Source: an uncultured Prevotella sp.
GTDB taxonomy: Bacteria; Bacteroidota; Bacteroidia; Bacteroidales; Bacteroidaceae
Assembly: GCA_905233825.1 (NCBI GenBank)
Contig: CAJOFE010000007.1
Coordinates: 54,314-118,313, forward strand
Length of the DNA stretch: 64,000 bases
Direction: 5' to 3'
Notes under the pieces: model-generated
Databases searched by the model: none
Seen by the model: the letters and a program-made list of their open reading frames with translations, nothing else
What the model was told of the DNA's origin: nothing
In this document: piece by piece, positions 26,340-34,443 of the stretch
Layout of the letters: each line of letters begins with the position of its first letter
How positions within the stretch are numbered: the first letter of the stretch is position 1
Position numbers and translations under genes: made by a program

Positions 26340-28436
26340 CTACGCAGTAGCATAGTAGCGGCGAGCAGCCTCCTCCTGGCGGGCCTGTGAGAAGTTGCTG
26401 ACTCGCTTTAGATATCCGATGATGCGGGTCATGTAATCGACATTCTTCGAATGGCAGTGGGGGCACTCCTTCAGATAGCGCTTGTCGATATGTCCGCAGT
26501 CGTTGCAAACGGTGTTGGGGATGTTGAACGTGAAGTAGTTGCAGCCCTCCTTGGCGGCTACCTTCAGCAAGTGCAGGTACTGCTCCTTCGACAGGTGCTC
26601 CTCCAGGTTCATGTGCAGGGCCGAGCCACCTGTCAGGTGCTCGATATAGGGCGATCCGTGCAGTTTGAACTTGTCGATGACGCTCAGCGACTCGTCCTCC
26701 ACGACGTAGAAGTAGCTGTTGTAGCAGTCACGAGGCACGAAGTAACCATCCTCACGATCCCACTTCGCATGCTTCACGCCGACGTTCTCGGCAGGAATCA
26801 TCTCGCAGTTGAACATCACGTCCTTCGTGCGATACTGCTTGTTGTACTTCTCCACCAGTCCGAGGATGCCCTGCACGAAGTGCATGTAGTCGTCGTTAGG
26901 CGTGATCTTCAGGCCCATGAACTCAGCGGCCTCCACGAGTCCGTTGATGCCGATGGTGAGATACTGACGGCCGATGTTGATATAGCCGGCATCAAACAGC
27001 GGCAACATGCCGTGAGCCTGCAGTTCCTTCAGGTTCTCGTTGTAGGCCAGCTGCACCTTGTGGCAGAGGTCGATGATGGTGCCCAGATACTCCAGATAGT
27101 CCATCTTGTGATTGACGGCATACTGGATGCAACGGTTCAGGTTGATGGTGAGCACGCTCTTCGAGCCCGTTGAGACGCCACCAGCACCTAGCGTATAGCT
27201 GAAGCCGTTGTCAGTAATCTCGTTGCGCAGGCGGCAACAGCTGGAGAGCGAATCGGCATTGTCGCTCATGTAGGTGAAGAACGAATGTCCCTCAGCATAC
27301 ATCTCAGCCGTGAAGTCGCCCCACTCCTTGTCCTTGCACTCTCCGTTCTCGTCAGTCAGCAGGGCCATCGTCTCCACGGGGAAGGTGAGCAGGGTCTTCG
27401 TGCGCTCCTTGTTGAACCACTTCATGAATCGCTTCTGCAACCAGCTCAGGCCCTCCCAGTCGGGCTTCGAGCCATCGGGGAAGTAGAACTCGCCGAAGAT
27501 GCTCTCGAAATAGTACTTGTCGTAGTAGGCGATGTTCCAGAACACAGCCTGATAGTTACGTGCGCCTGTGGGCTGGTTCAGCGTATAGACGATCTGCTCG
27601 AAGTAGTCGGTGATGATCTTGTCCAGCGTGCGCTTCTTCAGGCTGAGGTCGGCCTGCTCGTTGGTGCGCTTGTAGTAGTCCTGTCCGTACTCCTTGCCCA
27701 GGAAATAGTTCATGTACATCAGGAACTCGGGCGTGGCGCAGGCGCCGCTCAGCATCGAGCTCACCATGAACACCATGTTCACAAAACCTCCGCAGAACGA
27801 CTTCAGGTTGGTGGGAGCAGTAGAGTTGCCGCCGATGGAGATAGTGCCTCCGATGAGCCAGGGGTACATCGTGATGGAGGCGCAGTAGTTGGCCAGCGAG
27901 GTCTCGTCGTTCTTATATATAAAGTGATGTGTCAGTTTGTCGATATACTCGTCGGCCAGCGGCTTGCCATACATCTTCTTGATACGGTCAGTCAGCAGAC
28001 GACGGTTTAGTCGGATGAAGTTCGACTTGGGCAACTCGCCAATCAGCGTGGCAATGTTCTTGTGTTCCACGTTGGCATTTGCGTCGTACTTCGATCCGGT
28101 AGCAGCGTTCATCGACTCCATGTACTCTGAGAGGAACAGCATCTTCTCCAGCGTCTCACGGTCTTCGCGATGTTCCTGACGATAAAGGATGAACGACTTT
28201 GCCACTTTGTAGAAGCCCTCACGCATTAGAGCCTCCTCCACCTGGTTCTGAATATCCTCCACCTTGATATCGTCGTGCATATCCAAGTGGCTGATAATCT
28301 TTGAGATAGTGCCCAGCTCAGCAGGTTCGTTCACACTCTCGAATGCTTTCACGATAGCATTCATAATCTTGTCCAGCGAGAAACGATCCTTCGTTCCGTC
28401 GCGTTTTGTAATTGTGAAGTTTTTGATCTCCATCAT
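26340..28436 (-). CDS. nrdD: Anaerobic ribonucleoside-triphosphate reductase (class III)
   Basis: 698 aa. It has an N-terminal ATP-cone (ITKRDGTKDRFSLDKI), a C-terminal Zn ribbon CNDCGH...CPHC, and a glycyl-radical tail RIIGYL. Confidence 0.92.
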   Translation of the reverse strand: MMEIKNFTITKRDGTKDRFSLDKIMNAIVKAFESVNEPAELGTISKIISHLDMHDDIKVEDIQNQVEEALMREGFYKVAKSFILYRQEHREDRETLEKMLFLSEYMESMNAATGSKYDANANVEHKNIATLIGELPKSNFIRLNRRLLTDRIKKMYGKPLADEYIDKLTHHFIYKNDETSLANYCASITMYPWLIGGTISIGGNSTAPTNLKSFCGGFVNMVFMVSSMLSGACATPEFLMYMNYFLGKEYGQDYYKRTNEQADLSLKKRTLDKIITDYFEQIVYTLNQPTGARNYQAVFWNIAYYDKYYFESIFGEFYFPDGSKPDWEGLSWLQKRFMKWFNKERTKTLLTFPVETMALLTDENGECKDKEWGDFTAEMYAEGHSFFTYMSDNADSLSSCCRLRNEITDNGFSYTLGAGGVSTGSKSVLTINLNRCIQYAVNHKMDYLEYLGTIIDLCHKVQLAYNENLKELQAHGMLPLFDAGYINIGRQYLTIGINGLVEAAEFMGLKITPNDDYMHFVQGILGLVEKYNKQYRTKDVMFNCEMIPAENVGVKHAKWDREDGYFVPRDCYNSYFYVVEDESLSVIDKFKLHGSPYIEHLTGGSALHMNLEEHLSKEQYLHLLKVAAKEGCNYFTFNIPNTVCNDCGHIDKRYLKECPHCHSKNVDYMTRIIGYLKRVSNFSQARQEEAARRYYATA

Positions 28437-28562
28437 AATGGTCTTTTATTATTTATAGTTTCTTTTTATCATTTCAAGATCTTCAATAGTTCTCCGTTTT
28501 GGAAAACTTTTTCTTTTTCGCGTTTCCAAAAGTTTCCCAATTCGGACAACGCTAATCGGTTG

Positions 28563-28570
28563 CAAAGTTA
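28563..28570 (-). promoter_or_regulatory. -7 box TAACTTTG ahead of a ~125-nt nrdD leader
   Basis: The plus-strand sequence is caaagtta. Confidence 0.55.
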
Positions 28571-28675
28571 CAAAAATTCTCCGATATGGCAACATTCCAA
28601 ATCTAAAAAAATATTAAAAGCGTAAAATAGTAAAAATTAAGAACAAGTTCGTTTGCACCTTCCGTGATTTTTTCG

Positions 28676-28683
28676 TACCTTTG
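28676..28683 (+). promoter_or_regulatory. -7 box TACCTTTG only 6 nt from the dacB ATG
   Basis: Read directly from the sequence. Confidence 0.6.
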
Positions 28684-28689
28684 CCATCG

Positions 28690-29943
28690 ATGAAGACAAT
28701 TAGACTCCTATTCGCTTTCCTGTTGCTGCCTTTCATGATGGCGGCACAGGTCATTGAGCCCTCAAGAAACGGCTCTATCAACGACTCCATGCTGACAAGC
28801 GTGCAGACGGCTGACGGCATGGTGCTCGTAGTGCCTTATCCTGAACTGGTGATGCAACGTCTGGATGCGCTGGTCGATGACTCGCTCATGGAGACCACAC
28901 AGCTGGGACTCCTCGTATGGGACCTGACTGACGACATGCCGCTCTATGCCCGTAATCCTCGCCACCTTTTGCGAACGGCCTCAACCATGAAACTGCTCAC
29001 AGCCATCACGGCGCTCGACCGTCTGGGCAAAGACTATAAGTACAACACCTCAATATACTACAAGGGCGATATCGTGCAAGGACAACTGCGTGGTGACATC
29101 ATCTGTCAGGGAGGCATGGACCCCATGTTCGATCGCAAGGACATGCAGGCCTTCGTGCAGGCGCTGAAAAGCAAAGGTGTGACCAGCCTGCGAGGGCGCA
29201 TCGTCACGGATAACACGATGAAGGTCCCTGACAAGTGGGGCGAGGGATGGTGCTGGGATGACGACAACCCTACGCTGGTGCCCTTGCTCATCGATGGCAA
29301 GCCCAACTTCTCCGAACAGCTGTTGAAGGAGTTGCAGAATGCACGCATCAACACGACGGGTGTAAGGGTGAGCGCTGGCACGCTACCCGCTGATGCCAAG
29401 CACCTCTGCACGCGCAGTCACTCCATCAGCGAGGTGATGAAGCAGATGATGAAGGAAAGCGACAATCTCTTCGCCGAATGCACCTACTATCAGGTGGCAG
29501 CAAGCTCAGGAAAACGGCCTGCGAAGGCGAAAGACGCCCAAGAGATAGAAAAGGACCTGCTCAACAAGATCGGACTGAATGCCGATGACTACAGTCTGGC
29601 CGATGGTAGTGGGCTCTCGCTCTACAACTATCTCTCGGCTGAGGCACAGGTGGCCCTGTTGCGCTACGCCTGGCAAACTCCCAACATTTTCCAGACGCTC
29701 TTTCCAACGCTTCCCATTGCAGGCGAGGACGGCACGCTGAAAAGGCGCATGCAGGACACGGCGGCCCAGGGCAGGGTATGGGCAAAGACGGGCACCGTAT
29801 CAGGCGTTTCTGCCCTCTCAGGCTATCTCGTAGCCCCCAACGGCCACTACATCGCCTTCAGCATCATCAATCAAGGTGTGAAACAGGGCTCTGCAGGTCG
29901 CCGTTTCCAGGATCGCGTATGTGCTGCCCTGTGCCAGCCATAG
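28690..29943 (+). CDS. dacB: D-alanyl-D-alanine carboxypeptidase/endopeptidase (PBP4, peptidase S13)
   Basis: 417 aa counted from the ATG at 28690. It has a signal peptide and the SxxK (STMK), SxN (SDN) and KTG (AKTGT) motifs. Confidence 0.8.
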   Translation: MKTIRLLFAFLLLPFMMAAQVIEPSRNGSINDSMLTSVQTADGMVLVVPYPELVMQRLDALVDDSLMETTQLGLLVWDLTDDMPLYARNPRHLLRTASTMKLLTAITALDRLGKDYKYNTSIYYKGDIVQGQLRGDIICQGGMDPMFDRKDMQAFVQALKSKGVTSLRGRIVTDNTMKVPDKWGEGWCWDDDNPTLVPLLIDGKPNFSEQLLKELQNARINTTGVRVSAGTLPADAKHLCTRSHSISEVMKQMMKESDNLFAECTYYQVAASSGKRPAKAKDAQEIEKDLLNKIGLNADDYSLADGSGLSLYNYLSAEAQVALLRYAWQTPNIFQTLFPTLPIAGEDGTLKRRMQDTAAQGRVWAKTGTVSGVSALSGYLVAPNGHYIAFSIINQGVKQGSAGRRFQDRVCAALCQP

Positions 29944-30150
29944 TTTTTTGCTGATTTTTTGAACTTTTTTCTCAGTTTTTCTTCAAAAAAATGCGCTTTT
30001 AAACGCCAAAAACACCCATATCTGTCACTATTGTCACCATATCTGCACCTATCTATCTCATTGTCAGACAGCAGTTTACAGCGAGTCGTAACAGAAGTGC
30101 AGATTTTTTTTGAAAAAACTTTTAGAGTGCGCGCGTGCGCGCGCGAGGGA

Positions 30151-30262
30151 AAACAGGTGCCTCTTCCAAGCCCCAGAGATGCCGTTTCCAAGCCCTGAAG
30201 GTGCCGTTTCCAAGACATAAAGAAGGCACCTTTTTGTCCAAAAGAAGGCATCTTTTTTGTTT
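30151..30262. repeat. Five-unit array of the GATGCCGTTTCCAAGCC family
   Basis: It contains the exact 22-mer ccagagatgccgtttccaagcc (30173-30194), which is also present at 52402-52423. Confidence 0.8.
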
Positions 30263-30264
30263 TT

Positions 30265-30327
30265 GGACGTAGCTAAATCATTTTAGGACGGCGCTAAATT
30301 GATTTAGCACGGCGCTAATTTGCCTCT
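30265..30327 (+). promoter_or_regulatory. Three 21-bp direct repeats (GGACGNNGCTAAAT...), a candidate activator-binding array upstream of the pilus operon
   Basis: R1 is 30265-30285, R2 is 30286-30306 and R3 is 30307-30327. The GCTAAAT/ATTTAGC half-site occurs 5 times between 30272 and 30367. Confidence 0.45.
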
Positions 30328-30393
30328 TTTTTCGCCTGTGCAACAATGCAAATGTTAAAATTTAGCGAACATTTATACTTTTTCGCCGAAAAA

Positions 30394-30425
30394 TTTGTGG
30401 GTTTCAGAAAAAACATTTATATTTG
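30394..30425 (+). promoter_or_regulatory. Bacteroidota promoter: -33 TTTG (30394-30397) and -7 TATATTTG (30418-30425), with a 20-nt spacer
   Basis: Read directly. It lies 80 nt upstream of the ATG at 30505. Confidence 0.6.
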
Positions 30426-30504
30426 GCGCGTCTAATATATTACTTTGTACACGTACAACCTATTAAGTGTGAAATCTACATACCGATATAGAACTATCGT
30501 CTTC

Positions 30505-31074
30505 ATGGCGCTTCTCTTCTTGGCGCTTAGCTCCAGGGCACAGCAGGTGGCCCTGAAGACCAACATGCTCTATGATGCAGCCCTGATTCCCAATATCGGT
30601 GTGGAAATAGACCTCGGAAAACAATGGACGGCCAGCGCCGACGGTTTCTATACCTGGCTCTCGTCAGACCACCGTCATCGTTACTGGCAAGGCTATGGTA
30701 GCTATCTCACGCTACGACACTACTTCGGCACCACCACTCCCTTCTACGGAAAGGGATCTGGAAAAGGCTCCCACCACATAGGCGCCTATGCCCTGGGGCT
30801 CACCTATGACGTGGAATGGGGAGGACGAGGCTACCAAGCCGCCCATTTCGGCTTTGGAGGAGGCGTGGAATATGGCTATGCCCTGCCCATAGGTAGCAGG
30901 CTGATGCTCGACTGCTCGATAGGTGTGGGCTTCCAGGACGGAGAATACAAGGAGTATCTGCCTATGGACGGCCATTACGTTTGGCAGGCCACTCGCAAGC
31001 GCCACTGGTTCGGACCTACGAAGGCCGAGGTGTCATTGAAGTGGCTCTTGGGAAAGAAAGGAGGTGGCCGATGA
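30505..31074 (+). CDS. DUF3575-type small outer-membrane beta-barrel protein (pilus-locus associated)
   Basis: 189 aa counted from the ATG at 30505. It has a signal peptide MALLFLALSSRAQQ. The blocks ALKTNMLYDAALIPNIGVEI...GPTKAEVSLKWL match my recollection of DUF3575. Confidence 0.72.
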   Translation: MALLFLALSSRAQQVALKTNMLYDAALIPNIGVEIDLGKQWTASADGFYTWLSSDHRHRYWQGYGSYLTLRHYFGTTTPFYGKGSGKGSHHIGAYALGLTYDVEWGGRGYQAAHFGFGGGVEYGYALPIGSRLMLDCSIGVGFQDGEYKEYLPMDGHYVWQATRKRHWFGPTKAEVSLKWLLGKKGGGR

Positions 31075-32057
31075 AGATGTTCTGCGCCATCTGCCTGCTC
31101 TGTGTCCTCTCAGCATCCTGCGAATACAAGGACCTGTGCTACGACCACAACCACTGGGCCAACGTGCGCATCGTCTTCGACTGGCAACATGCGCCAGAGG
31201 CGATGACGAAGGCAACAACGGAGACGACAGGCGCAGGCATGACTGTACTCTTCTACGACGACGAGACGGCCACCAGCCAAGAGCCTGTGCGCTACGACCT
31301 GCCAGGCCGAGAGGGAGGCAACGTGCGCCTGTTGCCAGGCACCTACCAGGCCCTGTCCTATAACTATGATACTGAGACCATCCTCTATCGAGGCATGGAA
31401 CTCGAGAATACCCTCGAGGCCTACACCCGTCTGTCGAGCATAGGCGAAGGCACCATGATGAGCCGTACGGACATGCCACGTGCCAACAATACCGAGCAAG
31501 AGCCAGTCATCCTGGAGCCAGACCCGCTATGGGCGGCCACCAGCGAGACCTTTACGGTGAACATTGGCGACGAGACACGTACCGTGACCATGCAGCCACA
31601 GACACGCGTCTGCGAGATCACCATCACCATCCACAACGTGCCCAACCTGCAATACTCCAGTCAGTTCGGAGGCGCCCTGTCAGGACTGGCACCCTCAGTA
31701 TGGATGGCATCAGGGCAGATAGGAGAAGGCACAGCCACGCAGGCATTCTCAGCCAGCGCCATAGACCAGAACACGCTGGAGATGCACTTCCGCACCTTCG
31801 GCCATTGTCCACGTAGAGGCGAGGGCATCACCAATCCCCATATACTGACCATCTACGCCATCCTTGCCGATGGCTCGAAATGGTACTACACATACGATGT
31901 GAGCCAGCAGATGCACAACCCCAAGCAGAACCCTGACGACCATCACGTCTATATTGAACTGGACGACCTGCCTGTGCCCAAGCCCATAGTCAACGGCTCC
32001 GGCTTCCAGCCCACCATCGACGGCTGGCAGGGAGTGGAGATAGAAGTAGATATGTAG
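31071..32057 (+). CDS. Lipoprotein of the type V pilus anchor / DUF5119-like class
   Basis: 328 aa with lipobox LSASC. It shares an ATGA start/stop overlap with the upstream gene. The family call rests on position and the N-terminal pattern C-x-YKDLCYD...VRIVFDW. Confidence 0.5.
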   Translation: MKMFCAICLLCVLSASCEYKDLCYDHNHWANVRIVFDWQHAPEAMTKATTETTGAGMTVLFYDDETATSQEPVRYDLPGREGGNVRLLPGTYQALSYNYDTETILYRGMELENTLEAYTRLSSIGEGTMMSRTDMPRANNTEQEPVILEPDPLWAATSETFTVNIGDETRTVTMQPQTRVCEITITIHNVPNLQYSSQFGGALSGLAPSVWMASGQIGEGTATQAFSASAIDQNTLEMHFRTFGHCPRRGEGITNPHILTIYAILADGSKWYYTYDVSQQMHNPKQNPDDHHVYIELDDLPVPKPIVNGSGFQPTIDGWQGVEIEVDM

Positions 32058-32135
32058 AAAAATCATAAAAAGCTAAACAGTTTATATGAGAACAAACAAA
32101 CTTTTTTATTCGCCTTTTTAAAAACATTTACAATT

Positions 32136-33335
32136 ATGAGAAAAAATCTATTTATTCTGGCTGCAGCATTAGCAGTATGCTATTCTTGCAGCAATGACGA
32201 GACCGTAGAGGTCAATCTGGGGAATGAAATCAGCTTCAGGCCCATGGTAGAGAGAACGACTCGTGCAGCAGATGTAACGGAAAACAACCTTCAGAGCTTT
32301 AATGTTACTGCTGAATTAGAAGGTGACACTCCTTCCGAATATTTTAGTGATGTGACATTTACTGCTTCTGGAACGGTAAGCGCACAGAACCCATCAACAG
32401 GTGAAACCTATACCTCTGCAACGAAGTATTACTGGCCTTCTTCAGGTAATTTAAGTTTTTACGCTTATTCGCCAATAGATGGTGCGTCAAACCAAGTGGC
32501 CATGACTGATTACAAAACGTTTGTTGTTACTCCATCAACAACCATTGCCAGCCAGGTGGACTTTGTTTACGCAGGCACAACTGGAAAAAACAAAGAGAAT
32601 AATTCTGCTGGCGTCGCACTCAATTTCCGTCATACAGGCGCTAAGATTGTATGTCAGGTAAAGAACTCCTCTACAGCACTTAAGTTTGCTGTCGATGGAT
32701 GGAAAGTGGGATACTTGTCTCCCTCTGGTAAATTCACTTATGCTGCTGAATCAACCGATACTAAGAATTCTGTAACCCTTGCTTATGGACAGTGGAGTGA
32801 TTGGGGTACGCGTTCAGTAGATACTAAGTATGAATCTGCACTTTCTCAGGCAGTAACAATCGATGCTAAAACCGTGGAAAATAATACGGATAACGAACAC
32901 GTAACGCTTTTGGCAGGTGAGATGATTCTGGTGCCACAGCGCATCACTGCAGCAACAGCTTATGCAAATAGTAGTACACCCGCTGCTAACGACCCATTGA
33001 ATGGTTCTTTCATCGCTGTTAAGCTGAAGATTATGAATAATGATGCTAGCAGTACTGTTATTGCAGCAGGTGCTTCAGATGCCACCATCTGGGCAATCTG
33101 GCCTATTGGTGATGCTGCTAATGCTCAGGCAGCAGACCAGTTTAAATGGGAGCCTGGCAAGAAGTACACCTACACCATCGACCTCGCTGGTGGTGGATAC
33201 TATGAGACCAATCAAAATGAGACGACAGTTGATGAAGATTTAGACAAAATTCTTGATGGTGCAGAGATTAAGTTTGTCAACGTGACTGTCGATGATTGGA
33301 CTGATGCTACAGGAATTGATGTTACAATGCCTTAA
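32136..33335 (+). CDS. Fimbrillin-family (Mfa-like) type V pilin lipoprotein
   Basis: 399 aa. It has a lipobox-like AVCYSC, then NEISFRPMVERTTR|A, which is the Arg-protease maturation site pattern. Confidence 0.62.
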   Translation: MRKNLFILAAALAVCYSCSNDETVEVNLGNEISFRPMVERTTRAADVTENNLQSFNVTAELEGDTPSEYFSDVTFTASGTVSAQNPSTGETYTSATKYYWPSSGNLSFYAYSPIDGASNQVAMTDYKTFVVTPSTTIASQVDFVYAGTTGKNKENNSAGVALNFRHTGAKIVCQVKNSSTALKFAVDGWKVGYLSPSGKFTYAAESTDTKNSVTLAYGQWSDWGTRSVDTKYESALSQAVTIDAKTVENNTDNEHVTLLAGEMILVPQRITAATAYANSSTPAANDPLNGSFIAVKLKIMNNDASSTVIAAGASDATIWAIWPIGDAANAQAADQFKWEPGKKYTYTIDLAGGGYYETNQNETTVDEDLDKILDGAEIKFVNVTVDDWTDATGIDVTMP

Positions 33336-33371
33336 TAATGTCAAAAGGTATTAAACAATAACCTGAAGATA

Positions 33372-33402
33372 AGCTGGCAGGGGTTCGACTCCCCTGCTGG
33401 CT
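33372..33402 (+). other. 12-bp hairpin with a tRNA T-loop-like loop (GGGG-TTCGACT-CCCC) between the two pilin genes
   Basis: The sequence agctggcagggg ttcgact cccctgctggct is read directly. No T-run follows. Confidence 0.6.
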
Positions 33403-33408
33403 ACAAAG

Positions 33409-34443
33409 ATGAAAAAGACGATGAAACAGGCGAATAACGGCTTATGGTTGTTGCTTCTGTTTGTAGCCGGGCTGCAGACGGGGTGTACTGGCGACAGCAA
33501 TAGCGACATCGCGCCCAACGACAACGAAATCATACTTAAAGCCGACGTATGGCAGATGATGGAAGGCACTCGTGCCACCTTCTACGATGCCAGTTCGCTG
33601 GCCAGTGGTGGCAGTTTCACAGCTGCAGCCTACGTGGCAGAATCCACCACCCCATATATCAACCCCACACAGGTAAACTGGAACAGCACAACAAGCAAGT
33701 GGGAGTTCGCCGACGGCAAGCACTACTGGCCAGCCTCGGGCTCGCTCGACTTCTTCGCCTATATGCCTGCCACTCCACCATCTTACATCTCAGGCCCTAC
33801 ATATACTACGGCTCGCAGTCCACAGTTCACCTGCACCTTGCCGATGACCTACGAGTCGGCTTATACAGATGAAGAGTCAGTAGCTCATGATGCATCAGGC
33901 CAGACAGATGATGTGCAGGAGTTCGTCTGGGGAATGGCTGTTGGCCAGAATAAGGCTGGGCAGGGCCAGGACGGCGTCACTATGACATTCAGGCATCCCT
34001 TTGCCCGCATCAAGTTCATGTTGTCAGCAGAACATCCTGATATCACCATCAACAGCATCACGTTTAAGGGATTGAAGAGTGGTGGCACCTGCACGTTTGA
34101 CGTCTCGAATTCCACTTCCACATGGACATCGCTGACCCCTTCGGACAATACTACCGATTTCGTGATGACCTTGCATGGCACAGAGGCTGAGTTCACGAAG
34201 AATACTGAGTCAGCAACGCCAGCCAGGCCAATAGGCCCAGAAATCATCATGGTTCCCCAGACCTTTGCTGGCGACATCGAGGTAAACGCCACCTGGATAG
34301 ACTGGGGCGAACAGTTCGCACATAACGTCAGCACCAAGCTGTCTTCCGTCACCTGGCAGGCAGGCAACAGCTATACCTATACCTTCACCATCACAGAGAC
34401 AGACCTGAGGGTAGATACTGAAAAATTCACAGAGCAATGGTAA
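33409..34443 (+). CDS. Fimbrillin-family (Mfa-like) type V pilin lipoprotein, second paralog
   Basis: 344 aa with lipobox LQTGC, then IILKADVWQMMEGTR|A. Confidence 0.58.
   Translation: MKKTMKQANNGLWLLLLFVAGLQTGCTGDSNSDIAPNDNEIILKADVWQMMEGTRATFYDASSLASGGSFTAAAYVAESTTPYINPTQVNWNSTTSKWEFADGKHYWPASGSLDFFAYMPATPPSYISGPTYTTARSPQFTCTLPMTYESAYTDEESVAHDASGQTDDVQEFVWGMAVGQNKAGQGQDGVTMTFRHPFARIKFMLSAEHPDITINSITFKGLKSGGTCTFDVSNSTSTWTSLTPSDNTTDFVMTLHGTEAEFTKNTESATPARPIGPEIIMVPQTFAGDIEVNATWIDWGEQFAHNVSTKLSSVTWQAGNSYTYTFTITETDLRVDTEKFTEQW

Noticed and set aside
29959-30198. A 79-aa plus-strand ORF in the dacB-pilus spacer.
   Set aside because: It spans T-runs, the CG-alternating tract and the hairpin-unit array. 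It has no promoter-to-ATG logic and low-complexity translation.
30445-30457. An invertible-promoter (Mpi/Tsr-type) switch for the pilus operon, suggested by the ACGTAC core resembling Bacteroides invertase repeats.
   Set aside because: I found no inverted partner copy flanking the promoter within the spacer. The only other copy (58467-58479) is in direct orientation 28 kb away.
33372-33402. A possible tRNA gene, suggested by GGTTCGACTCC.
   Set aside because: Only a T-arm-like hairpin is present. The complementary 5' acceptor strand, D-arm and anticodon arm are absent from the upstream 70 nt, so it is reported only as a hairpin.
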